Below, one piece after another: positions 38,101 to 50,633 of a stretch of 64,000 bases of DNA. The first letter of the stretch is position 1. The number at the start of each line of letters is the position of its first letter. Position numbers and translations under genes: made by a program. Source of the stretch: Lingula anatina (lineage: Eukaryota > Animalia > Brachiopoda); the NCBI GenBank assembly GCA_051362555.1, contig CM120643.1:16496848-16560847 (forward strand), written 5' to 3'. The notes beneath the pieces are model-generated. The model was not told where the DNA came from. It saw only the letters and a program-made list of their open reading frames with translations, and searched no databases.

Positions 38101-41100
38101 GGACCTATCTCTGCCAGTTTTGGAGATAAAAGGGAAGCAAAATTTGCAAAGTTCAGTTCATGGTGAAAAGTAGGTCAAAGGTCAATTTTACGGTCACATT
38201 TAGATTGCCAGTATATGACTTCCCATTCAACTTCAATAGTAACTATGGACCTATCTCTGCCAGTTTTGGAGATATAAGGGAAGCAAAATTTGCAAAGTTC
38301 AGTTCATGGTGAAGAGTAGGTCAAAGGTCAATTTTAAGGTCACATTTAGATTGCCAGTATATGACTTCCTATTCAATAGTAACTATGGACCTATCTCTGC
38401 CAGTTTTTGAGATAAAAGGGAAGCAAAATTTGCAAAGTTCAGTTCATGATGAAAAGTAGGTCAAAGGTCAATTTTAAGGTCACATTTAGAGTGCCAGTAT
38501 ATGACTTCCCATTCAAGTTCAATAAAAACTATGGACCTATCTCTGCCAGTTTTGGAGATATAAGGGAAGCAAAATTTGCAAAGTTCAGTTCATGGTGAAA
38601 AGTAGGTCAAAGGTCAATTTTAAGGTCACCAATAGATTGCCAGTATATGACTTCCCATTCAAGTTCAACAGAAACTATGGACCTATCTCTGCCAGTTTTT
38701 GAGATATAAGGGAAGCAAAATTTGCAAAGTTCAGTTCATGGTGAAAAGTAGGTCAAAGGTCAATTTTAAGGTCACATTTAGATTGCCAGTATATGACTTC
38801 CCATTCAACTTCAATAGTAACTATGGACCTATCTCTGCCAGTTTTGGAGATAAAAGGGAAGCAAAATTTGCAAAGTTCAGTTCATGGTGAAAAGTAGGTC
38901 AAAGGTCAATTTTAAGGTCACATTTAGAGTGCCAGTATATGACTTCCCATTCAAGTTCAATAAAAACTATGGACCTATCTCTGCCAGTTTTGGAGATATA
39001 AGGGAAGCAAAATTTGCAAAGTTCAGTTCATGGTGAAAAATAGGTCAAAGGTCAATTTTAAGGTCACCAATAGATTGCCAGTATATGACTTCCCATTCAA
39101 GTTCAATAGAAACTATGGACCTATCTCTGCCAGTTTTTGAGATATTAGGGAAGCAAAATTTGCAAAGTTCAGTTCATGGTGAAAAGTAGGTCAAAGGTCA
39201 ATTTCAAGGTCACATTTGGATTGCCAGTATATGACTTCCTATTCAAGTTCAATAGTAACTATGGACCTATCTCTGCCAGTTTTGGAGATAAAAGGGAAGC
39301 AAAATTTGCAAAGTTCAGTTCATGGTGAAAAGTAGGTCAAAGGTCAATTTCAAGGTCACAGTAAGATTGCCACTATATGACTTCCTATTCAACTTCAATA
39401 GTAACTATGGACCTGTCTCTGCCAGTTTTGGAGATATAAGGGACTAAATGTTATAATTTTGGAGTTACCATAATGTGCCATAAATTTCCTACAGAAAAGA
39501 TTAATTAAAATAAAGAAAACATCATTTTGGTCAAAATTCTTAAAATAGGAGGTGCTCTGAAGTTCCATAAGTTCAAATTTGATGAAATAATGTCATTTTT
39601 GACCACAAGTTGTCTGCTTTGCCAAGCCTTATGTATTATTTTTCCAGAGTTCAAAATTTATTATCCATTACCGTACTGCACATTTTGCTTTCACCACCAA
39701 TATGTACTTTTTGATACAGCGTAACTTGAAAACCGTATGGAATACAAAAAAACGGAGACCACCTCCAGTGTTGGGCTTTACATGCTCTACAAAATGCAAA
39801 AAAGAATGGGTCTCTAGCATTAACGGTTCCCGAATTAGAGACAGTTTTCAGTTTCGGTACTTTGTGGCCGCTACTCCCGTGAAAATGCACCGATTGACCC
39901 CAAATTCACGGAGATGAAAGATGACCCAAAGGGTAACACTTTCCAATAATATTATTGGTTAAGTCTGTGTGGTGTCTGAATAACAGGGCAAAAAAAAATT
40001 TTTTCGTAAAAAATTTCATTTTTTTGAAAATTTTGGCCCATTTGACCTTGAAATAAAGGTCAAAGGTCAAATCCAAGGGCATATTTGAAATCTACACATA
40101 TGACTTTTGGAAAGCTGTCTGTAGAAATTTTTCCCATAACTCCTTCCGTAGGGTAGATAATTAGCATTTAATTTTGCCATTTTTAGACAAGGGTGCATTG
40201 CAATGAGTGCCACACCTAGACCCCAATACCGACAAAGCCCAAATTTTACGTGGAACGAGTTGAGATTATAGGTGACCTAAATCCAAGAGATGGGTACAGG
40301 GGCCCTTACCGTCTAGGAGGAGAAGCGGTAACGGTGACTTGGCGGCGGAGCCGCAGGAGCCGCAGGAGCCGCAGGAGCCGCAGGAGCCGGCGGAACATAC
40401 GGGTCGGGACTAAAACCATGGGTACCGCCAGCGCCTACGCTGGTGGTACAATTAGCAGAGTTCAGTTCATGGTGAAAAGTAGGTCAAAGGTCAATTAAAA
40501 GGTGGTCACATTTAGATTGCCAGTATATGACTTCCTATTCAACTTCAATAGTAACTATGGACCTATCTCTGCTAGTTTTGGAGATAAAAGGGAAGCAAAA
40601 TTTCCAAAGTTCAGTTCATGGTGAAAAGTAGGTCAAAGGTCAATTTCAAGGTCACATTTAGATTGCCAGTATATGACTTTCTATTCAACTTCAATAGTAA
40701 CTATGGACCTATCTCTGCCAGTTTTGGAGATAAAAGGGAGGCAAAATTTGCAAAGTTCAGTTCATGGTGAAAAGTAGGTCAAAGGTCAATTTCAAGGTCA
40801 CATTTAGATTGCCAGTATATGACTTTCTATTCAACTTCAATAGTAACTATGGACCTATCTCTGCCAGTTTTGGAGATAAAAGGGAGGCAAAATTTGCAAA
40901 GTTCAGTTCATGGTGAAAAGTAGGTCAAAGGTCAATTTCAAGGTCACAGTAAGATTGCCAGTACATGACTTCCTATTCAACTTCAATAGTAACTATGGAC
41001 TTATCTCTGCCAGTGTTGGAGATATAAGGGACTAAATGTTATAATTTTGGAGTTACCATAATGTGCAATAAATTTCCTACGGAAAAAATTAATTAAAATA

Positions 41101-42012
41101 AAGAAAAGGTCATTTTGGTCAAAATTCTTGAAATGGGAGGTGCACTGAAGTTCCATATGTTCAAATTTGATGAAATAATGTCATTTTTGACCACAAGTTG
41201 CCTGCTTTGCCAGGCCTTATGTTTTATTTTTCCGGAGTTCAAAATTTATTATCCATTACCGTACTGCACATTTTGCTTTAACCACCAAAATGTACTTTTT
41301 GATACAGCGTAACTCGAAAACCGTATGGAATACAAAAAAACGGAGACCACCCCCAGTGTTGGGCTTTACATGCTCTACAAAATGCAAAAAAGAATGGGTC
41401 TCTAGCATTAACGGTTCCCGAATTAGAGACAGTTTTCAGTTTCGGTATCTTATGGCCGCTACACCCGTGAAAATGCACCGATTGACCCAAAATTCACACA
41501 GATGAAAGATGACCTGAAGGGTAACATTTTCCAATAATATTATTGGTTAAGTCTGTGTGGTGTCTGAATAACAGCGCAAATAAATTTTTTTTCGAAAAAA
41601 AATTCATTTTTTTGAAAATTTTTGCCCGTTTGACCTTGAAATAAAGGTCAAAGGTCAAATCCAAGGGCATATTTGAAATCTACACATATGACTTTTGGAA
41701 AGCCGTCTGTAGAAATTTTTCCCATAATTCCTTCCGTAGGGTAGATAATTAGCATTTAATTTTGCCATTTTTGGACAAGGGTGCATTGCAATGAGTGCCA
41801 CACCTAGACCCCAATACCGACAAAGCCCAAATTTTACGTGGAACGAGTTGAGATTATAGGTGACCTAAATCCAAGAGATGGGTATGGGGGCCCTTACCGT
41901 CTAGGAGGAGAAGCGGTAACGGTAACATGGCGGCGGAGCCGCAGGAGCCGGCGGAACGGACCGGACGGGACTAAAACCATGTGTACCGCCAGCGCTAACG
42001 CTGGTGGTACAA
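35154..42012 (-). mobile_element. HINE family A copy 2 (outer; ~2.9 kb of its own sequence), in the probable 5'-UTR intron of ASTE1
   Basis: Same termini as 7546-16141: CTAGAGGATCAGAGAGGCGATACCGCCTCC...TTGTACCACCAGC at 35154 and TGTACCGCCAGCGCTAACGCTGGTGGTACAA ending at 42012. It contains 146-bp arrays and is interrupted by the nested copy. Confidence 0.88.
36502..40451 (-). mobile_element. HINE family A copy 3 (3.95 kb), nested inside the satellite array of copy 2
   Basis: A complete set of termini is present. The flanks GAGAAAGAAA| and |TTAGCAGAG rejoin exactly into the monomer variant GAGAAAGAAATTAGCAGAG, so there is no TSD. Confidence 0.9.
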
Positions 42013-42543
42013 TTAGCCTTTTTTAAATCATGGAGAAAATAATTAAGTACTGATAGTAGACAAATAAATATACAAAGACTTATAAATGCAAAAACAAATA
42101 TGTACCACTGGGCAAGCATGAAACGATTTGTCTTAAAATTATGTTAAGATATGAGTCTTTTTAAATTTGTCTCCGATTTATAAATAAACTGTAGGTGTAA
42201 GTCAATTTCTAATAATATTACAGTAGTTATTACAACTTTTACTCCAGACAGAGAAATGTGTCGTGGGGGCTAGAATATACAGCAAGCCTCACTAATGACT
42301 AGTAAACAATACATTTATACATCTATACATATGTGGGTGCTACTCGTAAAGTAGACAAAACTTGTCAATTGTTAGTTGAGGGAAGCTACAAGCAGGGGTA
42401 ATCCTGCTACAATAAAATTAGTCAAAGCGACCATCTGTTAAGGTATGGAAATTATCTTTCTAAGAAACGACTGTCATTGCAAAATGATACCTGAAATAAA
42501 ATCAGTAAATCCTACTTTAAAAAGTATATCAAATTTAACTTAC

Positions 42544-42830
42544 TTTTCTTGTTGTTATTGGAATAATCAGTCTTTAACCTACAGAAAAAAACAAAATCGT
42601 GGAAAACGTGGGCGCAGCCATTTTGTGCGTGAATTTTTGCAAAGCGCACTTCGATTGGTTTATGCTCCTCATGTGACCACTTCAACAAATCAAAACGAAT
42701 GTTGCAAAACTTTCATAATTCAGATTCAGAAGTGATGTCCAGCTGACAGATCTCCAAACGAAGATAGTTAGCCCGCCCCATTTTGGAGAAATGTAAGTCT
42801 GTTGAGAAATGAATGGATGTCATGGTAAGG
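42544..42830. promoter_or_regulatory. Probable bidirectional promoter with non-coding first exons of ASTE1 (minus) and ankyrin/SOCS gene 2 (plus)
   Basis: Minus-strand donor at plus CTTAC 42539-42543, YY1-type GCAGCCATTTTG at 42614-42625, inverted CCAAT at 42654-42658, GC-box GCCCGCCCC at 42771-42779, and plus-strand donors GTAAGT (42793) and GTAAGG (42825). CpG is locally enriched. Confidence 0.55.
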
Positions 42831-43235
42831 TAGAGAGGTATTTTCTCCGCGTGTAGCCAGTCGATCTTTCCTTTGTTGGCTGGAGTCAATGCATTCCTTC
42901 CATGTGGTCAACAAAGACTGGTTTACTTAAAACTCCACTGGAACTGATCACCAAAGATTATTATCGAAAAAAAAAACAAGAAAAACAGCAAATTTTATTC
43001 CACGAGCAATTCTAAGCAATCGAACAATTCTCTGCTGAAACTGAAGGGAAGTTTTCCATTACCTGTTACTGTTTAAACAACTCACAAGTCACGTCTACAC
43101 TTTACTACACTACAGTACAATATACACTGTGCATTAATTTACTCTTTCATAATGTTCAACAACCCATTCACAGCTGTAAGCACTGCATTTTCTCTTAACA
43201 GACTTTGCAGTGTGCTGCACTGAAGATAGAGCGCC

Positions 43236-45311
43236 ATGAGCCTGCAGCAGCATTTAAACACTGCTGTAAAAACTGGCAATGTGGCTATGGTGGAGAGACT
43301 GATAGTCAAAGGAGCAGATATTGACCACGGGTTTGGGATGCAAGGACCGCCTCTGTGTGCCGCCATCAACGCCAACCAGTCCCAGGTTGTGCAGGTCCTC
43401 ATCCAAGCCAAATGCAACTTGAATGTCCAGGATTATGATGGGGAGAGCCCTCTATGTTTAGCCTTGAGAAAAGGCTTTGTTGACATTGCAAAAATGTTAA
43501 TTCAAGGAGGATGCCGAGTGAACAGGGAGGACCCGATCTCTTTAAAACCACCCATTATTATTGCCACAGAGAAAGAACTTATGGATATAGTACAGCTGTT
43601 AGTCAACACACCAGATTGTGATGTTAATAAGAAGGACAAGACAGGCAGCATGGCCCTCCATTATTCTGTGACTCAAAATAGCACAGAAATCTCCAAACTG
43701 CTCATCTCCTCAGGGAGATGCCGTGTGAATATATGTAACCAGACTGAGGGGGAGAACCCGCTGCATATTGCCTGTAGGCTGGGACATAAAGAGGCTGTAG
43801 AGCTGCTGTTGAGTACAGCAAATGAGGGTCATAAAAAGGAACTTCTTGAACATCAGCAACAGCAGTTGCTTCATTGTCAAGAAGAACCTGTACAATCACA
43901 GCAATCACAAAGGGAAGTACCAAAACACTCACAACAACAAAAACAGCTGCAGTTCGTAGAGACAGAAATTGGTTCTAGTGGTTCTGGAGATGAGACCCAT
44001 CAAATTCTTGATGATCGCCTCGCTAAGTTACAGCTCAGTGATCCCTATACGGTATGTGACGTGAACAGGGGAACACACTTTGGAGTTGGTCCACTGCATT
44101 TTGCCTGCATTCACAATCACACTGACATTGCAAAACTGCTGATAGGTGCAGGATCTGATGTCAATGCAAAGACCACATCCAACAAATGTCCTCTCCATCA
44201 CGCTGTGCAAAACGAGAACTTGGACATTGTAGACATGCTTCTGGAAGCTGGAGCAAATATCAATGATGTGGCATGGTATGGGCAAGGGCCACAGTTTAGG
44301 TTCTGGAAAACCAGCTCCATAGAAGAGAAGGGGACTCCGCTGCATCTAGCAGTTGCCACTGAGAACCTGGCCCTGGTGAGAAAACTGCTGGAGAAGGGTG
44401 CCAACTTGTCTGTGGGTAATCAGGATGGCCAGAGTCCAATCATGCTTTCTATGACCAAATGTAGTGGGAAGGTAGAAATTGCAGTATGTTTGCTTAGTGA
44501 GGCCATCGCCCAAGGACTGAAAGTCTCTGATATGAAAGACCTGCAAGGAAACACCCTAGTTCATGCTGTATCGCATGTTAAAAACAACCCAGGGAAACTC
44601 TTGCAAATGCTGGTAGAGAGTGGCTGTGACCTAGACAAACCAAATAATGAAGGCATGCGTCCTATACACTCTGCCATATACCAAAGTAATTATAATGCTG
44701 TTAAGGCACTGCTAGACTGTGGTTGCTCTGTCAATGCCACCATCTGCGAGTCTTCGTTTGAGCTCCAAAGACTCAGTCCCTTACATGTGTGTGCTATGAA
44801 TGGACTGCTTGAAGTCACAAAGCTTCTGATATCCTATGGTGCTGATATTGATGCTCATTTTGACACCACAGAGGAAAGTGATGACAGCGACCGCGAACTT
44901 GACAATGACCCTGACCTTGAGGATGGAAATCATGGTGCAAACAGTGATGACAATGAAGGCAAAGAAACAGAAACGTGCAGCAATCATCAAGATGGCTCTG
45001 CACTAACTCTTGCTCTAGAAAACATGAACGTTGACATTGTTAGGTTACTGGTGGAAGCAGGAATGAACTTGAACCTTGAACGTTACCTCTTCAGTGATGA
45101 TGCCTCATTGGAGGAATTGTTTGATATCTTGAACTTTGACCTTGAATTAAAGATGTGGATTTTAGAGCATCTTTACAATCCTCTGCCTCTAAGCATCTTG
45201 TGCCGGCGCTCAGTAAGGTCACATTTCACTCACCATTGTCTCAGGTTTCAAACAGAAACATTACCGCTGCCACAGAAATTGAAATGTTATTTGAGGATTT
45301 TTCCTATGTAA
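43236..45311 (+). CDS. Ankyrin-repeat and SOCS-box (ASB-like) protein, intronless CDS, 691 aa
   Basis: Long ORF with a Kozak-like GCGCCATG and a dozen or more ankyrin repeats (GESPLCLA, GENPLHIAC, GVGPLHFAC, KGTPLHLAV, LSPLHVCA). C-terminal SOCS box: PLPLSILCRRSVR...LPLPQKLKCYL. A polyA signal AATAAA lies at ~46217. Confidence 0.93.
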   Translation: MSLQQHLNTAVKTGNVAMVERLIVKGADIDHGFGMQGPPLCAAINANQSQVVQVLIQAKCNLNVQDYDGESPLCLALRKGFVDIAKMLIQGGCRVNREDPISLKPPIIIATEKELMDIVQLLVNTPDCDVNKKDKTGSMALHYSVTQNSTEISKLLISSGRCRVNICNQTEGENPLHIACRLGHKEAVELLLSTANEGHKKELLEHQQQQLLHCQEEPVQSQQSQREVPKHSQQQKQLQFVETEIGSSGSGDETHQILDDRLAKLQLSDPYTVCDVNRGTHFGVGPLHFACIHNHTDIAKLLIGAGSDVNAKTTSNKCPLHHAVQNENLDIVDMLLEAGANINDVAWYGQGPQFRFWKTSSIEEKGTPLHLAVATENLALVRKLLEKGANLSVGNQDGQSPIMLSMTKCSGKVEIAVCLLSEAIAQGLKVSDMKDLQGNTLVHAVSHVKNNPGKLLQMLVESGCDLDKPNNEGMRPIHSAIYQSNYNAVKALLDCGCSVNATICESSFELQRLSPLHVCAMNGLLEVTKLLISYGADIDAHFDTTEESDDSDRELDNDPDLEDGNHGANSDDNEGKETETCSNHQDGSALTLALENMNVDIVRLLVEAGMNLNLERYLFSDDASLEELFDILNFDLELKMWILEHLYNPLPLSILCRRSVRSHFTHHCLRFQTETLPLPQKLKCYLRIFPM

Positions 45312-46624
45312 CCAATTGATGAAGTTTCTGGAATTTAGATTTACTTTCAAAGTACTTTCATAGTCTTTTATATATGGCTTTGGTTGGTTTTAAACAGATT
45401 GTAGCAATACTGACACTGACTAACTAGACATTTCTACATTCTCACAGCAGGACATGATTATAAAGACAGGATCAGTTACATAACTGAAAAACATCGAAAA
45501 CTGATGCCAGGATATTTACAGTATATTCTGTTGCATTTTATCTAAAGATGTTACACAAAGTTTGTAGCTTCCAGATCATATCTGAACAGTTCAATACCTA
45601 AATGTCTATAATACTTTAGAGTATAATAGTATTTATTTTTGAAGTTGTAACTTTTAAAATACTTTTTTATATGAAGTTAAAAACTTCCAAATGATGAGTA
45701 TCTTTAGATTAAGTGAAGGTGTACTTTTAGAAGTGAAGGTGCATGTTGCCAAAAAATTACAAAAATATGCAAATACAAAATTTTAAAGATGAGATACCAT
45801 CTTGGTATATGATATGAAAGAGTAAAAATACTGTGGAATAGCCTTTTTCTTACTTCAAAGTTTGTTAAGTGCAAGCTTTTTTTAATTGCTATTTGTTATA
45901 TCCGCATGTTACTGAAACCTCGTGAAATCTTCCATATATTTCAATGAATTTTGAATTTTTAACTTTTTTGTAAACTGAATATTTCATGACATAAGAGTGC
46001 TGATGTACAGTTTTATTGTATAAGAAACAAAGAATGTTGAGCAGAAATGTTCATTAGCTTGGTAGTAAGATTGTTGTATGTTGGTATATAATGTTACATG
46101 TTGAAGACTTGGTGTTCTAGTTAAATTTTCATTGGTTTACATGATAACATAGGTGCATACCATTTTACATTGTTTGCTGTTACTATATTTATGTATGTTG
46201 AAGAAGTTTATCTCAAATAAAATGTTTGAAAAGTTTTTAAAATGCAATTCTGTTCACATTCACCGGGATAAATATCTTGGTTAGAATTACCAGTCTATCA
46301 TTCTATGAGGTCTATTTTGAATTATTTCTGTAGAAGTTGCCTTTAATACATCCACTGAAGATGGACTACAATTGTTCTATAAGTTATTGACCTTCACATC
46401 TAAAGCCATTTAAATATGGTTTTGAATTTCAATGTATCTTTTCAGTAGCCTCATTTGAAAATGTCCCAAAGTCACCTTTCTCGTATACATATCCTGCAAA
46501 GCTACTTGTTGTCCCCAATTCAGACCTTAAAAATATTCATTTTCCATGTCAGCTAGATCTCTTTACTAGAACTTTTTATGCCAGTTGGGGTACTAATTTC
46601 ACTCGAAAAAAGGAATTGGTGGTG

Positions 46625-46646
46625 GGGGGGGGGGGGGGGGGGGGGG
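46625..46646. repeat. Poly-G tract (~22 nt)
   Basis: Directly visible. Confidence 0.9.
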
Positions 46647-46947
46647 AAGAAAAAAATGAAAAAAAATTTTCCAAGAACATGATGATTTGAAAATTTTACC
46701 TTTTTTTCAAGATTATATATATATAATCTAATAATTAAAAATGGATATTGTTCTTTCTCATTTTATTTCATTTATCATTTCAGATATGGTTCTTTGCTGT
46801 ACAAGAATTCCCAGGGTCAGGTGCAGGTACTAATACATAGAGAAAATACTTGCCTAACTGCTTTGCCTTCAGGTCCCCATGGTCAGTGTGTTAACATTGG
46901 TGTAAAGCATTTCATGTCATAGGATAGTAAAATATAAACTTTGAAAT

Positions 46948-49455
46948 ATGCAACATATTAGCTTGAAGAAAATTTTGAGAAAGTTTGGACCAGGGCCAGT
47001 GACCCACGCTTTCAAAGGAGCCGTGGTTGTCGGTGCTTCCAGAGGGATCGGACGTCAGATTGCAATCACAATTGCTTGTGAGGGCTACCAGGTAATCGCG
47101 GCAGCAAGGACTATGGGCAGTGATCCCACCATTCCAGGATCTCTTGTCGAGGTTTCAAACACTGCTTTAGAGCAACATCAGAGTCTTGTTACCCCAGTTC
47201 ACTGTGACGTGGGAAAACTTCAGGATATTCAGACATTGGTGAACTGCGCTGTGAGAGATTTCAAGGGTTTGGACTTGGTTGTTTACAATGCTGGGTCTAT
47301 ACTGTGGGACAATGTTAGGGATCTACAAATCAAAGATGCTGATTGGACTAAGGATGTTTATGTACAGGGTGCGAAAAACGTGATAGAGTGTGCTCTGCCA
47401 CATTTACAGAAGAGGGAAGGGGGAAGGATTGTATTGGTTGCACCTCCTGTTAATTCCAGGTAATGTATCCGTTTCTCCTTTAAAGTCATTTCCAAAAATT
47501 GAATCTGAAAGTTATTGTAGTTGAGTATATTATTTATTACTATTAGTTCATATATTCACTTTACTATATAGACATTTACCGGGTATGTAAGAAATTGCGA
47601 TATGACTTTGTTTTGTTTTGCTCTTCTGAATCAGTCCTTTTTTTTAATCAAGTTTTCAGTACTTTTTTTAGGAATGGAATTAATAACTATATACAGTGCA
47701 TTTAAAATGTTATCTTTTTAATAAATTGATGCATTTCAGCCTTTAGAAATAGCAGTAATTTGGATTTATCTCAGTAAACATAAAAACATATATATTTTAA
47801 AAAGAACCCACATTTTGATTTGTTTTATTGAACGTCAAGTTAAAAGTTGTCACATCACTTCAGATACTACATTGGCCAGACTCCATATGCTGTGGGCAGG
47901 TATGGAATGACTAGTTTGATGCAGGCCTATGCAGAACAGTTAAAAGGAACAGGTAAAAAAATTAGAATATGGAGTGAAGGAAAATGTCAGGTGTTTACTG
48001 TATTTGGTGATCAGAAGTAAATGTAAATGGATATCAAATTAAATTATTGTTTTTCTTTTTATCAAGAGCTTATAAAATATGTGGGTATTACCTCCAATAT
48101 TTCTGTGACTGTCAGTCACCATTATCGGGGAGTAAATGACTAGGTAAATGACAGAAATATTGGAGGTAATACCCACATTTTATAAGCTCTTGTTAAAAAG
48201 AAAAACAATAATTTAATTTGATACATACAGAGCTTATGAAACTTTTCTCTCATAAATGGATATTGTTGTTTAAATGAGGGAAGTAATATTTTTTTAAAGT
48301 GATAATTTAACCCTAATTTTATCTAAAACATTTTGGAAAGGTATTTATTATTTAAAGTTTAAGCTTTAAAATTTCATAAGTAAGATGAAGTTATTTTAAA
48401 GTAGCATTCAGAAAAGTTTTTTTTTAATAAAAAATACCATGGAGTAGATGCTTCATTGCAAGCTGTCAACACCCCCCACCCCCACCCCCCATGAAATCCT
48501 TTTAAATCAGTTGACATTAAAGCAGTGGTTGAAAAGGTATAACATAAGCCAAAGACTTATTGCAATCAAGCCTCGACTGCCTGTAGTGAGACCTAAAGCC
48601 AGTTTTGTTAAAGCCAAAATTATGGATGCTTTTGTTAGTTATTAATTGATAAGCAAGCATTTTATGGGTTCTTTCCAAGCTTTTAAATTTGTATTATTTC
48701 AGAAATAAGTGTAACCTCAGTGTGGCCAGCGACAGTGACTGAAAATCCTGTGTCAATAATGAAGGATGTGGACCCAAAGTTGATGAGAAAAGACTCCCTT
48801 TTGGCAAAAGCTGTTACTCGTATAGCAATGGAGGAAACAGATAGGTAAAGAGATTTGCACCCCATCCCTCTCTCCCCTCTCTTCCCCTTCTCCCCCTCTC
48901 TTTCTCTCTCTCCCTCACTCTCTCTTTCTCTCTCAAGAAAAAATACAAGTTAGCAGTGTAACAAACTGTATTGATACATGGTTGGCATACATGCGTGATT
49001 GACTACTTCTTTGTCAGTTACATCTTTTCTACAAATGCTTTCTTGATTTTTATTAAAAATTTTCATACTATACTATACTGATCAGTTTGTATATAATTTC
49101 TTCAAGTTAAAGATCTACCCATCCAAGTCATCTTAAAATAGAATATTCATCTCATGGTATCTTATGCACCAGCATGAACTGATGAAAATGGTACATATGG
49201 CTATAAATATATAAGAATATGACATGAGAATACAATACAAAACACCAAGCAACTAAACATGACAAATGTGTAATTTGGAATGATTGAAAAGACATTTTGG
49301 ACATTTGTTTCAGTTTAAATGGCCAAGCACTTATTGACGAAGATTACCTTTGCTCACTGGGAGAGAACGACTTCTCAGAGTTTCGCTGTGATCCTGACAA
49401 CGAGCCTCCACGCATGTTGCCAAAGGATGACGCAGATCTGTCTGGTGGTGCATAG
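46948..49455 (+). CDS. HSDL2-like short-chain dehydrogenase/reductase, divergent paralog A, 4 exons, ~294 aa
   Basis: Exons 46948-47459, 47864-47952, 48703-48844 and 49314-49455 splice in frame (885 nt, ends DLSGGA-stop). Motifs VGASRGIG, YNAG, WPAT, LNGQALIDEDYL and EPPRMLP are present. Intron positions and phases are identical to paralog B. Confidence 0.87.
48032..48223. mobile_element. Fold-back MITE-like element with ~75-bp inverted arms
   Basis: 48032-48106 (TATCAAATTAAATTATTG...GTGGGTATTACCTCCAATATTTCTGT) is the near-perfect reverse complement of 48151-48223. Both ends are TA. Confidence 0.75.
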
Positions 49456-50633
49456 TGACGTGGTATAACAATAAAAGGATTTTGTTTGTTGTTTATTCAA
49501 AAACATAAGTGAGTGATTCCAGTATTGCAAGGTGTTACCGTGTAAGCTGTAACATTTGGAACACATTAGTTTCTTAATGACAGAAACGGAAAAATTTAAC
49601 TGTGTTATCATAAAATGTTTGCTTTTGTTAAGTTTTTCTTGAACTGCACTAACTGTTTGTCAGGGAATTAAATTGGATGTTGAGACTTTGAGTTCATAGA
49701 AAAATTGGATTGCTGAAGGCGGAAGTTTGTAAGTTTGAGAATAGATAATGTTGTGTAGATAAGGCATCTAGTCATATGTGCACAAATGATTTTCTTTCAA
49801 AAACTGAAGCTGAAATTAGATTGCAGGTCCAGTAATTATTTGTGACATTAGATGATTAAAATTGGTTAAGAGATTAGATGAATGTGTTACATGTGGAGTG
49901 ATCGTTAATGATAAATAAATAAATATAACAGAGAAAAAATGTTCTTATGATTTTGTTTTTATTTTATTTCAAGTTGTGTTTGCTATGCTTTATATTTTAA
50001 AAAATTTTAGCACTTTGAAAACAACAAAGTTATACTGAAAATGTCTGAATTGATTCTCGTTTTGAAATATCTTCTAGGTCTAGAGTTTCTAAAGTTCAAT
50101 TTATTATCTTCAAGTTGATAAATGTGATGAATTTAAAGTAAAATTTTATTTCAAGCATGTTAAATTGTCAGAACAAATACATTTTTCAGCATGCCAAACA
50201 ATTGACCTCTAGCATAGAAATATTACTATAATTATCAAACAATTTGACAGTTTTGTCCCTGTAACTTGCATCAAATGAATGAAATGTTTGGTGGCTTTGG
50301 ACAAGGATTCACCTCGGATAAATTTTCTGCTGGAGATGTTCAACAGTCTCACGACTGTCTTTGATTTTGAGTGCTTTTCTGGCATTCAAACCATATTTAA
50401 ATGAAAATAATTATGTTTTGTAAACAAACTATTAATATTTACTCAAACCAACTTAATATTTTTCATTAGAGGGATAGACATTCTGACTACTTTAAATTTT
50501 AACAATATAAATAGACAATATAAATAGGAACTGCCTCTCAAATAATCGTAAATAAGTGAGACATAATTTTTATTTCAGGTAAAAGGTAGTGCTAGCTGAT
50601 TTAAAAGAAAGCTCAGGAGAAGGCCAAAGCAAA

